From an uncultured Candidatus Binatia bacterium (GTDB lineage: Bacteria; Desulfobacterota; Binatia; UBA9968; JAJDTQ01): a stretch of 64,000 bases of DNA. The notes below the pieces were generated by a model. That model worked only from the letters and a program-made list of their open reading frames with translations, was not told the DNA's origin and searched no databases. Every line of letters starts with the position of its first letter. Positions within the stretch are counted from its first letter, which is position 1. The DNA lies in the NCBI GenBank assembly GCA_965213675.1, contig OZ243916.1:3296001-3360000 (forward strand), written 5' to 3'. The position numbers were made by a program, and so were the translations under genes. Below are positions 60,750 through 64,000 of this stretch, piece by piece.

Positions 60750-60777
60750 AATATGCCAGTTCCATGAAGCAGGTCAA
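60750..60777 (-). promoter_or_regulatory. Putative ffh operon promoter
   Basis: TTGACC-N16-CATATT on the minus strand. Confidence 0.35.
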
Positions 60778-60820
60778 TTCCCTTGCTTGTCAGCGCCTGC
60801 CCAACGGCCGCGCATTTCCG

Positions 60821-60863
60821 AAAAAAAGGGCCTGGAGCCTCTCTGCGGAGGCCCCAGGCCCTT
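60821..60863 (-). terminator. Intrinsic terminator of groESL
   Basis: Minus strand AAGGGCCTGGGGCCTC-CGCAGA-GAGGCTCCAGGCCC-T7. Confidence 0.85.
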
Positions 60864-60883
60864 GATCTGCGGCAAAGGCAGCG

Positions 60884-62865
<1,982 letters not shown>

Positions 62866-62952
62866 GTTCGCTCCTCCTTTTTCAAGTATCGCCTGCAAGA
62901 AGTCCGAGACACCCGATGCACTGATAGACGCGCACCCCGTGGTGCGGCGATA

Positions 62953-62980
62953 AATCTAAGCACGGTCCCGGCACTGTCAA
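62953..62980 (-). promoter_or_regulatory. sigma70-type promoter of groESL
   Basis: TTGACA-N16-TAGATT on the minus strand. Confidence 0.55.
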
Positions 62981-63099
62981 GGGGTGTGGATCACTTTTGT
63001 CGAGAATCGGACGCGGTCGCGCGTCCGGCGGCGCCCGCACGCCGTTTGCCGTACCAACGGAAACTTGACAGAATGGTGTGCAACTCCCCCAAGGACATC

Positions 63100-64000
63100 A
63101 TGAATCTCCTCAAACCGCCGCCCCTCAGGCCCGGCGACACCATCGGGGTCATCGCCCCGGCCGGCGCCGTGCACGAGGACCTTCTGGCCAAGGGCGTTCA
63201 CGCGCTCGAGGCGCGCGGATTCCGCGTGGCCCTCGCCGAGGGAATCCTCGCGCGCAAGGGCTACCTGGCTGGAAACGAGCGGCAGCGGGCGGAATCGTTG
63301 CAGCGTTTCTTTCTGCGGGATGACATCGCGGCCATTTTCTGCGCCCGCGGCGGCTTCGGCTCGATCCAGCTTCTGCCGGCCCTCGACGCCGGGCTCATCC
63401 GTACGCATCCCAAGATCTTCGTCGGATTCAGCGACGTGACCGCCCTGCTCAACTGGATGTCCCAGAGTTGCGGGATCGTGGCATTCCACGGCCCGATGGT
63501 TGCCGTCGAGTTCGCCGGGCAGATCGAATCCGGAGTGACCAGCGGGTTCTGGGACGCACTCACCGGGAAACGGCGGACCTGGCAGATCCCGGGCACGGAC
63601 GTGCTTCGTGGCGGCAACGGGCCGGTTCGGGGACCGTTGGCCGGAGGGTGTCTCTCGGTACTCGTGACGACCCTGGGTACTCCCTACGAGATCGATACCG
63701 CGGGAAAGATCGTTTTCCTGGAGGACGTGGGGGAGCGGCCCTATCGTATCGAACGCATGCTGACCCACCTGCGCATGGCAGGCAAGCTCGACGGCGTCGC
63801 CGGCGTGGTGACCGGCGCCTTCAACGGCTGCGAGACCGGCGCCGGGCGGGACGTCACCGAGGTTCTGGCCGATGTCTTCGCCGACGCCCCGTATCCGGTG
63901 GTGCGAGGTCTCCCTTGCGGCCACGCCACCCCGAACACGCTGCTCCCCATCGGGCTCGACGCCGAGCTGGACGACCGCAGCGGCGTGCTGATGCTGGTGG
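63100..64000 (+). CDS. ldcA: LD-carboxypeptidase (peptidase S66), runs off window
   Basis: Read manually from ATG 63100: PPPLRPGDTIGVIAPA..GYLAG..CARGGFG..FVGFSDVT..FHGP..FLEDVGE..PCGH. Confidence 0.85.
   Translation, partial: MNLLKPPPLRPGDTIGVIAPAGAVHEDLLAKGVHALEARGFRVALAEGILARKGYLAGNERQRAESLQRFFLRDDIAAIFCARGGFGSIQLLPALDAGLIRTHPKIFVGFSDVTALLNWMSQSCGIVAFHGPMVAVEFAGQIESGVTSGFWDALTGKRRTWQIPGTDVLRGGNGPVRGPLAGGCLSVLVTTLGTPYEIDTAGKIVFLEDVGERPYRIERMLTHLRMAGKLDGVAGVVTGAFNGCETGAGRDVTEVLADVFADAPYPVVRGLPCGHATPNTLLPIGLDAELDDRSGVLMLV

Overview
A high-GC bacterial chromosomal window made almost entirely of core housekeeping genes. Protein features such as the TrmD-SPOUT fusion and the Zn-ribbon r-proteins suggest a Deltaproteobacteria-like lineage; this is inference. 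Left to right: the 3' part of a large repeat-containing autotransporter-like surface protein; five tRNAs; tig-clpP-clpX-lon; tRNA-Val and tRNA-Asp; rplM-rpsI; lptG/lptF; rlmB; the tRNA-tuf-rpmG-secE-nusG-rplKAJL-rpoBC cluster; the str-S10-spc-alpha cluster (no tuf after fusA, and no rpmD, adk or infA); a SPOR protein, trpDCF, folC, lptD and an orphan secretin; then, on the minus strand, rarA, rplS, trmD fusion, rimM, khpA, rpsP, ffh and groEL/ES; and a partial LD-carboxypeptidase. No transposase, integrase, CRISPR array or phage gene is visible. The main unexplained structure is intergenic. There are two families of ~160-bp non-coding fold-back (MITE/ERIC-like) elements, two copies each, whose cores carry kink-turn-like GA motifs. 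The two family B copies have identical length and multiple compensatory changes in their arms. A GTAG-type REP family is also present. Four of these elements supply the TAG stop codon of the upstream gene (rplV, lptF, rplL, trmD). A strong intrinsic terminator lies between rpsG and fusA.
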